Of a DNA stretch of 64,000 nt, positions 1 to 15,256 are shown piece by piece. The notes beneath the pieces were generated by a model, which searched no databases, was not told where the DNA came from, and worked only from the letters and a program-made list of their open reading frames with translations. The position numbers and the translations under genes were made by a program. This stretch comes from Octopus sinensis (Eukaryota): positions 146,134,001-146,198,000 of the forward strand of contig NC_043000.1 in assembly GCF_006345805.1 (NCBI RefSeq), read 5' to 3'. Each line of letters opens with the position of its first letter. Within the stretch, counting starts at the first letter, position 1.

Positions 1-3000
1 TGTGAGGGCATTCGTGTCTCCTTATATGTTTCTGTGTTTGCGCATAGGTAATTTGTCTCCATTTTGTTAATTGCATTTCTTCAGCCATTCCTCATCGCAC
101 GTTTCACAATGGAATCAGTCTGGCAAACAGAAACGCAATAATTACGTTTACTGCTTGGTAATCAATTTTTGTTTCTCTTTCTTGGCTCTTGTCTGTTATA
201 TAGGTTACTGAAGATATCTTCTTCTAGTGATGTCACATTTGTTTCTGTTTCTTTGTTTCCTTTAAATAAAATATACAGTGTCTATCCTTGTACAATAGAT
301 TGTTTCTTATGAATGTTCCTTTGAAGTCAATTGCTAACCTAATTGTGGTATATTTTTGCGTTTTTTCCACGTGTACTTCTCTTATACGTTGATGAAGCTT
401 TCAAAATGGCGTTAAATGATTACCTATCTAATGGACGACACCATAATATTTTCATACTATTTGAGTCTTTCATTTCAGTTTGGATGCATCGGTTACCATC
501 TCAGATATAACACTTAGGCTGTGAGTGCTAAAATAGAAAAGTCTTTATAGCATCAGTGAAAGTAGCTTGCGATACTCCGTAAAGCACTCTGCGTTCAAAC
601 CCACAGACATCAGCCTTACTTTTGATCTTTCCAGAATTGATAAATTTAATGCTCAGTATAGGTATTGGTTTCGTAATGATCGAAAATTCATTCTCCTCAG
701 ATTTCTGGTGTTTTACCTATTCCAGGTAAAATGTTAATAGAACTGTCAAGTTACATAGCGGCATCGGAAGACGAAGCAAAAGACCGCACAGTCATTCCTG
801 AATAGTGCTGTGAAACAACAGGATATGGTCACTGGACTGGCCTACCCATTAATTAAGATGAAGGCGGCAAAGTGCTTTTGCTCCCCTGACGTTCTGAACA
901 ATTGCTGCGACACTGAAATTACATTTCTTCCATGAATGTCTATTATTTATTCCAGCACCACTTTATAGCAGCTAGATATGACACTGTAAATAAGTTTACA
1001 GATATTTTATGCTGTATGACGGCGACAATGTGATAGGGGAAAAGTAAGAGAGCTGAAGGTTGTCGAAGTAAATTTTGTCTATAATACTTTAAAACAAGAA
1101 ACCCCCATATATGTGTGAAATATTTTAATATCACACTGTACATGTAATTACGTGCAAATTGACAAATATATCAATAAATCGAATGAACTGATTTCTCGTT
1201 GAGGTGTTTATAAATATAAATGCAACATGCATTAAGATTGTCGTTGATTTATTTTGTTCCTGTACTATTAATACATTTACTCCTTAGGTCGAATAGCAAT
1301 ACTGATAAACGCTTAATTTATGCTTCACTCTATTTCCTAAACATTTAATGACGTTATTTGTTTCTGACGTTTTCTCGATGGCTTTTGTCTGAACCTGCTG
1401 AATGGATATCATACATAACTGAAACTGCCCGTTGTATAATATTAATCAATAATAGTTATTACCCTCACAATTATTTTAAATTTGTTTTTACATATCTTAT
1501 TCAATGATTCTTTTGAAGGTAATCCTATTAACTCCAGTCAACCATCAACTGATTTAATGTGAATTGTGTTATTGATGCAATTTTATTGATAATTACATTC
1601 GAGCTTTTATTGTGATTACTTATATCAGTGTGAAAGTACTAAGTGCCATGCGAGTACAACGAATTTTCCGACTTAGATTCTATTTCTACTAAAGGGAATT
1701 TTTCTTCATATACGTGAATACAAAACCAAACTAATGCATGAAAGAAAAAATAGCACCAGGCTTCAGTGTCTTCAATCAAGATGCGATGTGCTTTATTCGT
1801 GTAGAAATATTTATGATTGTAACAATCTATTTTGTCTTTACAGTCATCGTTTTCTTCCGGCTAATCTGTTTTTCCGAATGCCTCATTATTATTGCCTATT
1901 TTCACTACGCCCGCGAACATTGATTCGAAGGTTTTAGGCATGATTTCGGCATGAATTTATTTCCTATTGAAAACACTATATATATTATTTTTGAAGTGCC
2001 TAGTACTGTAAAAGTAGGGGATTTTGATATGTAGTTCACTGCACATATGTTTATTATTCCAGAGGCTTGTTTGTTTTCAATAACCAAATTCATGTTTCCA
2101 CTATTTCCAGATTTGACAATTACACTATATCGTTGTTTCTCTCAGAGTTAAATTATTATGTGTTGTGGTTTATATTCACTTCATACCTAGCTTTATCTCT
2201 GCAGTAGTGTTTTCAGCAGCCTCTGCAGAATATTCAGCTCAAATATAGCTTTTACTATGAGGCCATACTTCAGGATATACACTTAGGTTTATCTGCTCGC
2301 AAGAACGTTGGACTTGCCACGATTGTCAAATCTTTAGCTTTCCCTTTACCAGCGAATCTAACAGATATGCATGTATGTTAGTGATTTCGGTTGGTTGTTT
2401 ATTTGCTTACGTTTTTTTAAATTTTTTTTATGCAACTTTGATTATTTCGTTTTCAATTATCCATGGAGGAGTTTTAGTTCACAGAAAACTTTAATTTTCT
2501 TGATTTCTCTCTTTCCATTCTTTCTAAAACATTCCAATTAATATCTTTCTTCCTGGGAGATCTAGGCATGCTTAATTATAATTAATTGTCATTAAACTGG
2601 GAATCCTTCCAATACTTTATGTTCCCCCCCGGGAACGTTAAATCGAAGTATCTGTCAAGAGTGTTTAGGGCGTTTTAATCAAACCGCAATTTTCCAAATT
2701 TGTGGAATTGTATCTATATTTGACATCATTTATTCTTGTGATTACTCAATTAATTTTTACTACTGCATCTTGAGGATTCTTGTGCTTAATATTAATTTTC
2801 TGCTATGTCTTATACATTCATTATTCAGCACTTCCTACTGATCATCAACATGTTTATTTGTGCTCAATCTAATTTGAAGTCAATATGCTTTAATACTATT
2901 TATTTTTGAGTTATCCTGCAAAAGACCATACTCAGAGATTCAATGATTTTTCAATTATCACCTATCTTTGTATCGACATATTTGTGAGGTATCTGTAATG

Positions 3001-4150
3001 ATATTCTTGCATCATTGATCATTTCTTTAGCCCAGATTATGTTTTGTACACATATACTTAATCTCATTTTGATAATGTAAAATGAAAGGCAGTAATAGAT
3101 TTTGTACGTGTTTTATGAGAAAGTATATTCTTAAATTTGGTTGCTGCGATCAGGATTAAACGATTGTCGCTAAGTTTCAAAGGTGACAAAGCTACTCGTG
3201 TGATTTCAATCAGGTACATCGAAGTTCCTGTGGTCTATCCACAGATAATATATTCACAACAGAATTAAATAGATAATTATTAAATATACTGTATATGATT
3301 TCTGTATACGCATTTATTGATTATTCCTCAGTGTTGGGGTGTTTATAATTAAATCCTGGTCGTCCATCTTGTACCATAGAGGACATTTCTTTACCTCAGC
3401 AGTATTTCCTTACCTTTTGTTCTTAAGAATATATATGTTCATCAGCGCTTTGTGTGGCATGACTCAAGAGAAAATTATTTGGTTGTATATTTAATCCGCT
3501 TATCTCTGTGACACACTTCAGTTTTGTATACGTTATTCTTTGCCTTCTGAAAAGATTTTTCCAGTAACCAACAATTTTTGAAACACTCTTCTTACCTTAT
3601 GATATGCCTAAAATATCCGAGGGCTTGTTAGACTTTTTTTTTTCTTTACAATGCTTTGGAGGAAATCCAAATCTGAATTTTGTTTCCGCCCAGATAATTT
3701 TCAACATTCATCCATAACAACAAATTAACAAATTTTGACTCTTATTTGTGTAAACTTTAAGACACTATTATTCCAACCCATCCATAGTCCTTTGAAGTAC
3801 TTGAGTGCTCACTAATTTCAAATTGGTGGTTTATCCTTATGGAGAGTTTATTTTCCAAATGCGATTTAATAGATAACAGCAAGTTTCGTTATTGTAATTT
3901 GTATTTTTCCCTTTATCCATTTCTTTACAAACAGTCAATATACTTCTAAACTACCGCAACAAGGACGGTCTCCACAGCATCATTAAGATTGCTGGCTCCA
4001 CCAATATTAATTAAATGTTCTAACCATGCTAACAATTTAGTTGTTACGCCTTCTGCAACTTTGTTAGACGGAGGAGAACGGATATCTACTTTTCTCCTTG
4101 CTTAATTTCAAATTAATCACAGAAGCATGCATATAGTTAAATAATGTTAA
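1..4150 (-). pseudogene. Highly decayed L1/Tx1-like LINE ORF2 remnant
   Basis: Minus-strand fragments in the expected order: APE-like GVTTKLL (~4040), QNSDLDFL (~3670, cf. QSRLDFFL), GYWK (~3565), DSLVKGKL..VWPH (~2350-2260, cf. G-L-S..WRPISL), Cys-containing C-terminal patch (~130). Many stops and frameshifts; matched by eye. Confidence 0.4.
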
Positions 4151-5659
4151 CTGTAACCATTCCTATAACATCTTTTTCTGATATAAGTGAACGTAATTTG
4201 CCATGAATCACAAAAGAGGTCTTTTTTTTTCGTTTTAAATTATTTTCTGTAAGTGCTAAAAATACTTATGTTTTCTAGTGTCTTGGATATCTAACATTAG
4301 GCTAGGAATATTATCTCTTCCTTTTTTTCCAAGATTTAAATTTTACATTCACTTACTTGTAAATAAATGCATCCAAAATAATTTGGTGTGTCTGATTGCT
4401 TTTTTTTTTTCCTGATCCCGCTTAGTGAATTACCGCGATATTTGAAAAAAACGTTTGTTTTACGATGTTGCTCAAATGGAAATGTAGCAAATGATAATTC
4501 ACAACATCAAAGATAAAAGAAAACACTTGCTCAAAGTTGTTTTATATGCTTGAACAAGAAGAGAAAGATAAAAATTCAATTTCTTGCTTGTCAGTTTCAG
4601 GCTTTTATTTGTTATGTGAGTCTCATTTACTTGCTTCTAAGTCTCTCTAGGGTACTAAAACCGACTAGTCCCCGGCAGACATGTGGTTCGATTTGCAGTG
4701 AATAGATTTTCACCCAATATTTTATGAGATATTATATATAACTACAATTGCATTTGGTCAATATCGTAAATGCATATTCATACATATCAATTAAGTAACG
4801 GTCATTTGAATAATTACTCACCATTATAGTTGAGGCTACTCATTTCTTTAGACATTTCGAACTAAACTGCTTTAGACTTGTGCAAAGGAGCCACATATCT
4901 CGGAGACTCCCGTGTAAAAGGCCACTATCATTATAAATCTTATATATACAATTAAGTATACAAAACACACACTCACACACACACATATTCAGATACATAT
5001 GCAAACATAGATATATATCTGCTTGTATCTATAGAGATGGATATTAATCCTCGGTTTAATGTAAATATTAATCATAAAAATAGTCAAGCGTTAAATAATT
5101 ACCATAGTTATTTAATTTTACAATGAGGAATTGACTCCAAGTTCCCGGCTTATTTTTCATCGTCAGACTGTGACTTAGAAGGTACACCCATTTTCGCCCA
5201 CAAATAATTATCCATTCATCCGCAAACTAAACTATATATTGGGCTTGAAAAGCTAAAGTCAAATCCTGTCGACGGAAAGCTGGAATTTCGATGTCACAGT
5301 CAGCCTTTTTCTTGTAGATATATGTGTATGAATTGATAGAGACATAGATATAGATTCAAAGAACGATAGACAGATCTGTGAAGGTAAAATCTTGATTAAT
5401 ATACACTTAACTGAATCTACATTTTATATTATGTTTGACATTACTCAATGTTCAAACATTCCTGGCTAAAAATGAGAGGAAGCAAGCAGTAATAATTAAA
5501 TATTTATTCATAAACATCGCGAATATTTTAACAGATGGGATTAGGGCCTCATTCATCAAACCTGTCAGTACAAAAGAGATATAGTGTTGTGCTTGTGTGC
5601 TTATATGTATGTGCGCGTGCTTATGTGAGCGCACTTAGTATACACACACGCATATATAC

Positions 5660-5690
<31 letters not shown>

Positions 5691-5840
5691 ATATATATGC
5701 ATATATATATGTGTGTATGTGTATTTGGGAACGTGTGCCTACGTTCAGTATACATACACATGTACTCATGTAAATATATGTATGCATATATATGTGTATG
5801 TGTACCAACGTTCCGTATGCACACACGCACACACATCTAC

Positions 5841-5882
<42 letters not shown>

Positions 5883-7079
5883 GTGTGTGTGTGTGTGTGT
5901 GCAAACACCTGCATTCAGACTTACATATTGAATTGATTATTTTAGCTTTTCTATCATATATAAAACTGGGATGATAAATGAATGAAAGCATTTTCTTTAA
6001 CAGAAAAAGAATTCTCTCTGTATATACTTCTTTTCTTTCATTTAAATATTCTTCTATTGAATATACTCACCTCTTGCATGAAATGGTATAACATTGTTAA
6101 GGCTATCTTCTTGTTGGTAGAAAGTACAGTTCACTGCGCAGTGTCTAAAGAATGAAGAGACGTATTAATATAAAATGTTAATTATGCTCCGTTAACAAAT
6201 TATTCAATATGAAATTATTGTATTACACGTTTAGTAGCTAATCTGAAAGTAGGAATATTAGTTTGAATCATGCATAAAATTTATGCCTACGAAAATTCAT
6301 TCACAATTTAAAGGTCAACCAAAATTATAGAAAGTAATATTTGCCTAGATAACACGAGCTGGGATCGTAACCGGAACATCCTGATTAGGAAAAGAACTTT
6401 TTTAACTATTCGGCTATATGTTTACAAGGTGGGCCCAAAACATTTGACATTTTATATATGACATTATTATTACTCATTTTGTTCATCACGCATATGCACG
6501 TGTGTATTCATCATTATTTTATTAATTTAAATTAATTTTAGGAAAATTGAAGCATGTCTTTTTGAAAATTCCAGAGCGTTTTGATCTTACTTTGTGTTCC
6601 AGGATGGCAGTTTCAATTAGGTGAACTTTAGGGATTATTTTCAGGAATGGAGGGGGTAATATTGTCAGAGGAGTGGTTAGAGAAGGGGATAGAAAAATCT
6701 AGATTCTTCGAATTATTAACGTTATCATTACCATCGTTGTTATTATTACTATTGTTGTTATTAATTGTTCTATTTGTAACAGTGGTAGAGATTGTGGTGG
6801 TGTTCCGGGCGGTGTCAATAGGATGGGTTGGGTTGTGGTTGTAGTCTTATACTGGTAATGACAACGTTATTCAGATAAAGGACAGAGTCAACGACTATTG
6901 AAAATTTAGCAAGTCGCAATGAAAATTTTAATACAAATAAATAAATGAGTGGAAATCAGCGAGTGTGTTAAATTAATAAGGCACTGTGAGAGAATCCCCA
7001 GGCGCAATAACATGCTTCAACACACAAATTCACGTAAAGAATCTTGCAAACCAAATACAATAACGAAACATATACACAC

Positions 7080-7219
<140 letters not shown>

Positions 7220-10200
7220 AATATATATTTACATACATATATATATATGACCATGTGTGTAAGTGCGTGTGTGTGTGCATGTGTGTGTGTGTAAGTGCTT
7301 CAGTCATTCCAGTCTATGTACAGATTGATGCAAAACCACTAATAAATACTATGCAGCAAATGCTAAATTTATTTCTGCTATAAATACAGTTTCTATATCA
7401 ATTGGACGCCTTCATCTACATTTTTCTTCTGCAGTTTTCCTGTCTTTGGTTAATATTACCTTCTGTCGTCTTGGTTAATATTACCTTCTGTTTGTAAAAA
7501 GTACCGTAGAATGATATGTAAAGCATATAATTTCACTTTTCTCGTTCACTTTCTTTTCCATAATTAAAATAGCATCTGTCACATTTACTGTTTTGCGGTG
7601 TTGAGTTCAACGTAAGTCTACAAGGCATTTTCCATTCCAGTTTGTTTCTTCTTTGTATATGTCCTGAATTCGTTTTGCACCAGTATAAACTAGATAGCTT
7701 GAATCAACTGACTCTTATTTCTCGATATGTATTCCTTGGCATATATAAAAGAAAAGAATGATATAATTTTCATTACTTTTCTTGGCACAAACACAACTGA
7801 ACTAAATCAAAACATTGTTTTTCCCAGAAAACTGCAAGAAAATATCATAACTGAAAGAAAGCCGTTTAACTTGCATTTAAGTGAAATTTCAATGAATCTT
7901 TTAAAGTCTTAAATTGTTTGAAATGATTGCTGCCTAAACTTGCTGAGAATGTTTAGGACTTCGATATATTTTGTTAAATAGTTGAGAATGTGAAGTGTAT
8001 TCTTAGAGAGATCTATTATCATGGATTCAAATTTCTCTTATACTGACTTACTTTCTTTTAATTGTCTAACAGCCCATACAGTCATCTAAGGTATCGCATG
8101 AACGATGTCTCCTTGTCCTGAAATTAATCCTATACAAGAAATCCATGCGCGGTTATTAGTGGGACTCGACATAAAATAGAAGTAGAATCGCAATGAAATA
8201 TCTCCGTTTCGATGATTAGATATCTATTCAAAACATTACACATTACATTACGAAAGGACATTATAAATATAAATTTGGAAAACAATCTTTCATCCGTTAC
8301 TTTAAAACTATAGTAACCAATGATGTGTATGAAACTATTAAGAAATACCTCTAGTTGTAGAAATAATTGATGTAATGTGTCAGTGAAGTGATTACATTTA
8401 CAGATCTATCTAGTCAGCCATAGCAGAATTGTTGTGATTCAAATATTAATACGATATTCCAAATAGTCGCGTATTCTATGATTCCACAAATAAGATATAC
8501 AGATTTAATCTTTGCATTCATGTCCTCCTGCTCCATACCCTTGTTATTTAAATGATAAGAGAAACTTATATATTAAACAGTAAAATATTTGCAGAATTTG
8601 AAAATATGAATACTTAGTTTTTTATAATTTCATATCCGGAGTATTTTGCCCTTCACAGTATCTCTTTTTATCTCGTCCCATTTTAATTGTTAATATTTTC
8701 ATTTAGAAATTTGACGCTATTGCTCATCACTCTTTTCTTTGTTATATCCCTCAATTATATTTTAGAAACCAATGCTATGGCAATTGGAAGTATACGTATG
8801 TTTGAAATAGCCACGAATAAATACTAAGCGAGGAAGAAATAACTTTAATGTAAAAAAATTATATAAGGCTAAACTAACCAATATTGGAAGTAGTTTCTCA
8901 ACATTTTTAATCATTGTATTTACAATAAGTGCTAAAGAATTTTATGACGTAGCATTGGATATTTACTGGTCTGTTAAGGTATTCAAATAACAGTTACTGA
9001 ACAATATATAGCTCTCTGAACATTTGATAACATCAGAAGCATTAGAATGAGCTCTGGTTTTGGGAACAGAATATCGCATTTTCTATGATTTTATTAGAGA
9101 TTCATTTAGAAATAATTTAAATAATTTGAACGACATCTTAGAAAATACATATGCCGTCCCTTAGTACTAATGACGCCTCTAAAGAAGAGCAAATATAAAG
9201 TATGCAATACATCTCCGAAATATATACTCCAGACACAAATGAAATCAATAGTATAATGTTTAAAAATTGTAAAGAAAATCACTGAACAGTAAGAACTAAA
9301 CACGACATAGAAAAGTCTATAGGATATATTTTGCATAGGCCTCTGGAATTCTTCATGGATGTGCTTATTGCAAATGCAAAATGGCTTATATATTCTAGTT
9401 TAGCAAGATGCATATTTTTGTTTGCCATAGTGACAAGATATTAATCTAAGTATTGTTGAAATGCCCACTGTAACACGTTGGCAAGATTACGGAATATTGC
9501 AATTCGTGTCACTAAAGGTTTTAATAAATGACGAGCCTGAATAATGCTGTGGATAAATTACGTCAAATATTAGAATTTCTGAAATAACGATGAGGGAAAC
9601 TTTTCAAAGAAGAAGTGAAGGAAAAGGTTAACGTTTAATCTTCCCCATTGACACAAGTAAAACTCTTAGATCAATGATTAATGAGCACGTAAAATATTAC
9701 TGCTACCACGATGGCTGAGTTGCAAAGGAAATTATAAGGTAGTCGCAAATGTTAGTAATTTCTGTGATTATAACTCACTCATGTCTTTGTCCAGTGGTAA
9801 TTAATAATTATATGACAGGCACATAATATATATTCTGGACAGTATAAACATAAAAATAGAGAAAGAAATCTTTGAAGTCACTGGCGGAGAGGTTAATATT
9901 GATGGAACATTTAACAATATGATTTCAAATACCGGAAAACTGTTCATCTGTAAGACTAAAAGAATAGCAGTATATTACACACGCATTATGTCACATACAA
10001 TCACACACACCACATATACATAGATATATGCAGACATTCATACATACATACATACATACATACATACATACATACATACTTATATATATATATATACATG
10101 ATGTATGCGCAAACAATTATTCACACACATCTGCGTATATATGTGTGTGCGTGTGTGTGTGTTTGTGTGCTAGTGTATATACAGAGTGCGTGAGATATTT

Positions 10201-12087
10201 GTGGACAGATTTATGCTTATTAGAAAAACATATATACTAATAGATAACTTTATTTATCAAAAGATGCCATTAGGATAAAAATAAAACTTCTTTTCTATAC
10301 TCTTATTCAATAAAGCCACCTTCACTTACATTAACAGCTTCTATATGAGATCTAAATCTACATGCTCGAATCAATTGGCCCTGGTTCATTTGAGACATGA
10401 CTTTGACTATCTTGGCTTTCAAAGAATCTTTGGTTTCTAGGGGCATACTCATTGACCTCTCTCTCTGACTCTCTCTCTCTCTCTCTCTCTCTCAACAACG
10501 CTCCACGCGTAATAGTCCAATGAGTTGAGATCTGGGGAATTAGGAGGCCAAATGTTTGGGGTTATGTGATCATGAAAATTCCTGTGTTACTAGAGTCATG
10601 TGTGATAGTGCAGAGTCTTACTGAAACACATATGGCCTTCTATACATAAACACACACAACAATATATGAAAGATGTGCCAATAAAAAAAATCTACGTAAT
10701 ATAGAAATTTATAAACATCACTAAACGTTAGTCTGAGTGTCATTTCCCCAATATTTCGCTATCAGAATGTTGGAGCTAGTAGCACAAGTATATATAGCCT
10801 CGTAAATAATACAATTGACCTTAAAATTAAAACATTAAGGATTATATAGAAAATGAAGCTTAAATAGAAATATGTTGAGTAGAAACATGTAAATCTTAAG
10901 AATATATATTATGCTGTTTTGGTCTAGCAGCCTTATTATGTAGACGTATGGCAAAAAGCTCTCCAAGCATGTCAACCTCATCTTATTTAGAGACACTATA
11001 TTTTAGAAAATTAATATCTTGAACTTTAAAAACGAAATGGAAATAAACACAATCATGTTAATTTCTTTAATCCAGCCAGAACTCAGTGAGTGTTTGTTTT
11101 TAATGCGGTTCTGCTTACGTCGATTTGTTACAGTGGTTACAACGTCCAGTGACTAAACTCTCATGCTGCGATTCAAACGTAAAGCTTCAACTTGCTCAAT
11201 TAAAGCTGCTTACCTTGAGAAGCTAACAGTTGACAAATGTGAAATATGAATCGGGGCTCTCTCATCAGCATTTTGGTTGCAGTTTGAACATCCTACAGTC
11301 AGGTGCAGCATGGCAAATTATTCAAAAGGGAGGCATATTAAAAACTTTCAATTGCATTTAATATATCAAAATGACTACGAAGTTGAAGAAACATACCAAA
11401 TTATTATGAGAAGAAACACATTAATTAAAATTGTGAACATATAATTAAGTTCAGAAATGGAAATCAGGAAATTAGAAGGAAACACACTAATACGAATTAT
11501 ATAGAAATAGGTGAAACTAGTTAGATACAGCAAAAAGAGTTTAAGAAAATTTGACGAACTTTTTCAACTGTGTGAGAGAGATAATATTAAAACTGAAATT
11601 CAGTGCCCGAAATAAGGTGACAAATTTTAGCGCAAATTATTCTATCCATAAGCAACAGCTTTAACATAATGAACTGGATGCTAGGTGAACTGAAAAACTT
11701 AGATGGAAAAACTAGAAAGCCATCCACTGTTTTGCAAACACACAACGGTAAAGCTAATATTGATACGGTACATCTATACTATACACGGAGATAGAGAGGG
11801 GGGAACAAGAAAGAGATGAAAGAAGAGAAAGGGAAGAAGAGAGAGTAGAGCGAGAAAGAGAGAGCAGAGCAAGAGAGAAAGAGAGAGAATAGACAGCTTT
11901 TACTTAGCAATTAGCTGGAGATATAAGGAATACTTAGATGTTGGCATATAAATACTTGATAAGAAAACAAAAGAAACAAAATATTTCCTCTCTGTTTTTG
12001 TGTCGTCACCTTAAATAGACCGGGGCAATGCAATTCGAAGGTCTTCCTAAAATGCGGTTGACGATCAATTTGAACGGCTAAGTATTT

Positions 12088-12473
12088 TGGAAGCACTCCG
12101 TCGGTTACGACGACGAGGGTTCCGGTTGATCCGAATCAACGGAACAGCCTGCTCGTGAAATTAACGTGTAAGTGGCTGAGCACTCCACAGACACGTGCAC
12201 CCTTAACGTAGTTCTCGAGGATATTCAGCGTGACACAGAGAGTGTCAAGGCCGGTCCCTTGAAGTACAGGCACAACAGAAACAGGAAGTAAGAGTGAGAG
12301 AAAGTTGTGGTGAAAGAGTACAGCAGGGATCACCACCATCCCCTGCCGGAGCCTCGTGGAGCTTTTTAGGTGTTTTCGCTCAATAAACACTCACAACGCC
12401 CGGTCTGGGAATCGAAACCGCGATCCTATGGCTGCGAGTCCGCTGCCCTAACCACTGGGCCATTGCGCCTCCA
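12088..12473 (-). mobile_element. tRNA(Arg-like)-derived SINE, family B, full length
   Basis: Minus-strand head GGCGCAATGGCCCAGTGGTTAGGGCAGCGGACTCGCAG...GGTTTCGATTCCC (A and B boxes) followed by a ~310-bp non-tRNA body. Confidence 0.85.
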
Positions 12474-12921
12474 CAACGGATAACTATACTGAAGGTAGGA
12501 AGTAAATACTTCATGGCTTTCTGAGAAGACAGACTTGGATAATGAAGTTACTTTGAACTTATTGTTTGAGTGACGGATAAGAGACTAGCGTATAAGTTGG
12601 ATCGATAAGAGCTGCTATTTTCCTAACCACCTCCAATAGAGCAGATGTTGCAATAGAGGTAGAATAAGCAACCAGTATGGACTTCATATCTCAGAGCTAG
12701 AGATTGACGTGTGTTGATAGGAGAGTCTCCGATTATCAATTTCATGTTCCTTTTCCCCCCTCTTCTTTGCAGTATTTAAAACGTGGAAGACCTATTACAC
12801 TTTTGAGATCTAGTAACTCAACAGCTATTTCGGTCTGAAACATAGTCTAGCTCCAAAGTAGAAAGATAATCCTTTTTGGTACACTATTTCAGTTAATTAC
12901 GTATATTATGTCATCAGTACA

Positions 12922-13333
12922 GGCGTATGAGTGGCTGTGTTGTAAGTAGCTTGCTTACCAACCACATGGTTCTGGGTTCAATCCCATTGCGTGGCACTAT
13001 GGGCAAGTGTCTTCTACTATAGCCTCGGGCCGACCAAGGCCTTGCGAGTGAATTTGGTAGACGGAAACTGCAAGAAACCCGTTGTATATATTTATATATA
13101 TGTGTATGTTTGTATGTCTGTGTTTGTCCGCCCAACATCGCTTGGCAACCGATGCTGGTGTGTTTACGTCCCCGTAACTTAGCGGTTCGGCAAAGAGACC
13201 GATAGAATAATTCTAGGCTTACAAATAATAAGTCCTGGGGTCGACTAGCTGGACCAAAGGCGGTGCTCCAGCATGGCCACGGTCAAATGACTGAAACAAG
13301 TAAAAGAGTAAAAGAGTAAAAGGGTAAAAGAGT
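12922..13333 (+). mobile_element. tRNA-derived SINE, family A (CORE-like centre, (TAAAAGAG)n tail)
   Basis: A box TGGCTGTG.., B box GGTTCAATCCC, GGGCAAGTGTCTTCT, tail GTAAAAGA repeats; six copies in the window. Confidence 0.85.
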
Positions 13334-15046
13334 ACAATATACTAACATTTATAGTGAACTAGCATTTATAGTGGCACACATGAATTAATCGAGACTAGTG
13401 TAGCAATAGTAAATGTGAGATACATTTGTACCCTTCCTAAGGTCAGTGACAATAGTAAATTTTGTTGAACAAGGCCAGATTTGTATGGCTCTCTTTTAGA
13501 GAATTTAGAAAGTTTCCATTAATCGAAGAAGTTCAGGTTTAACTTGAGTCTAGTTTATATTATATTGTTTAGCTCCAAGCCAAGCCTGACTGATCGATTC
13601 TTTGAACAATGAATTTGCAGCTCCGAATATCAGGACGGCTTAGTCGAAATTCTACTTTATTCAATGGCACACTTGTAAAAAACCTTATGGTTGAAAATGA
13701 TGGAAATTTGGCTGATATTGATAGACGGCCAATTTATTATGTTTAAGTTGACTTAGTAGTTCATTTACAAGGAAGATTGATATTGTCTTTATAGTAGGGT
13801 TTTGCTTATGATTATATCTGAAAGATCCTTAATTTACAAGTGCAACTGCCTAGGTGATCAATTTGAAACAAGAAATATACCATAAATAAGGGGTGTTTGA
13901 TAGTGTTTTGACGAAAATCGCTCACCCTTGAGATATAATTTATGAACTTATGTCAGGCACTAAATTTGATGTAAAATGTAACCATGACTTTCACACAGGT
14001 GATGCATCATGGCAGAATGATATCGAAGGGTCTGGAGTAGAACAAGAACTAAAGTTCAATATGTTGCAGAAGATTATATTTAACTTCTCTTTTTATGACG
14101 TTTGAGTTTGTGAACGTGACAACGACAGAGTGATAGCTGATATTTTTTCAGATACAGCACATTGTAGCATATTTTCAAAACCTGGATGAGAACCTGGGAG
14201 AGATAGAACGGTTTGGGAAGAAATAGAGTATAACTCTGGAACATATCATTTGAGTGTGACGAGGGATTATTGTCAAGATAGGCAGCCTAGATGGTTTGAA
14301 ATGACCAGAAGAATACTGATACTAGATGCATACATTAGAAGGCAATGTTGGACTTTAGAACGAAAGTCTTGGGAATTCTGGAAACTTGAGAGAAAAATTC
14401 ACTAATTACAACGGCACCTTGGAGGCGGTATCATATTTAGAGAGACTCTGCAAAGCTGGAAATAATTTGGACTAGGAAACAGAACAAATTACTGCAGTTT
14501 CAGAGATATGTGAGTGCTAGTTGGAATGCCTTTACTGTATGTCTGATCAATTATTGATGACCTGGAGCTAAGCATATAAACAGCAGTAACTCTAACCAAT
14601 AAAACGACAGAGCTCAAAGAAAGCATTTTACAGAATTATTTACTAATAAAATCTACAGCACTCAAAACGAACTCTAACACAGTCCGCACAACACATAATG
14701 TAGGCACCACACACTGAAATAATACAATTTTCACAGCACATATCATAGACAAATGCTAAGAGTTACAGTTGCGTAATTAACACAGAAAATCTCCTAAACA
14801 ATCACCAGCCAATCAAATGACTCAGCTCTCACCTAATGAATTCTCCTGAAAGAAATGAAAGGCTAATAAAATAACAGAAATTATAAAAAGAAACTTAGCA
14901 ATAAAACAAAATGCAAGAAACATATATCATGATGCACAAAGCTATAGTAACATCGTTAGCCTCCGAATCATCGGCAGTACTAAAAAATATCGGACAACTT
15001 ACAGGCTATCAGCTCGATCCCAGTACAATGTTTATTCTCCCTCATA

Positions 15047-15217
15047 GGCGCAGGAGTGGCTGTGTGGTAAGTAGCTTGCTAACCAACCACATGATTCCGG
15101 GTTCAGTCCCACTGCGTGGCATCTTGGCCAAGTGTCTTCTGCTATTGCCCCGGGCCGACCAATGCCTTGTGAGTAGATATTGTAGACGGAAACTGAAAGA
15201 ACCATGTCGTATATATG

Positions 15218-15256
<39 letters not shown>

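Larger units (their letters stand above)
10900..14560 (+). pseudogene. Decayed R4/Dong-like LINE (RT to REL endonuclease), interrupted by two SINEs
   Basis: SARNKVT..SFNIMNWMLGELKNLDGKTRK..KANIDTVHL (~11600-11780, cf. NW..EL..LDRKTRK..HPKADVDRLY), LWNISFECD..R.PD (~14235-14295, cf. LWDF.IQCD..RRPD), GTL.AV (~14410). Confidence 0.55.

Noticed and set aside
701-725. 25-nt micro-exon with good splice signals
   Set aside because: Too short to distinguish from chance; no linked exons identified.
6630-6860. Asn/Thr-rich open frame on minus and hydrophobic ORF on plus
   Set aside because: Driven by degenerate (AAT/AAC)n; no domain or splice support.
12400-12473. tRNA-Arg-like sequence (also 32676-32750 and SINE A heads)
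   Set aside because: These are SINE heads continuing into repeat bodies; no proper acceptor stem, so not tRNA genes.
12878-12918. Minus-strand CTGATGA...GAAA...TA spacing
   Set aside because: Stems I and III and the 10.1-11.1 pair do not form; likely chance.
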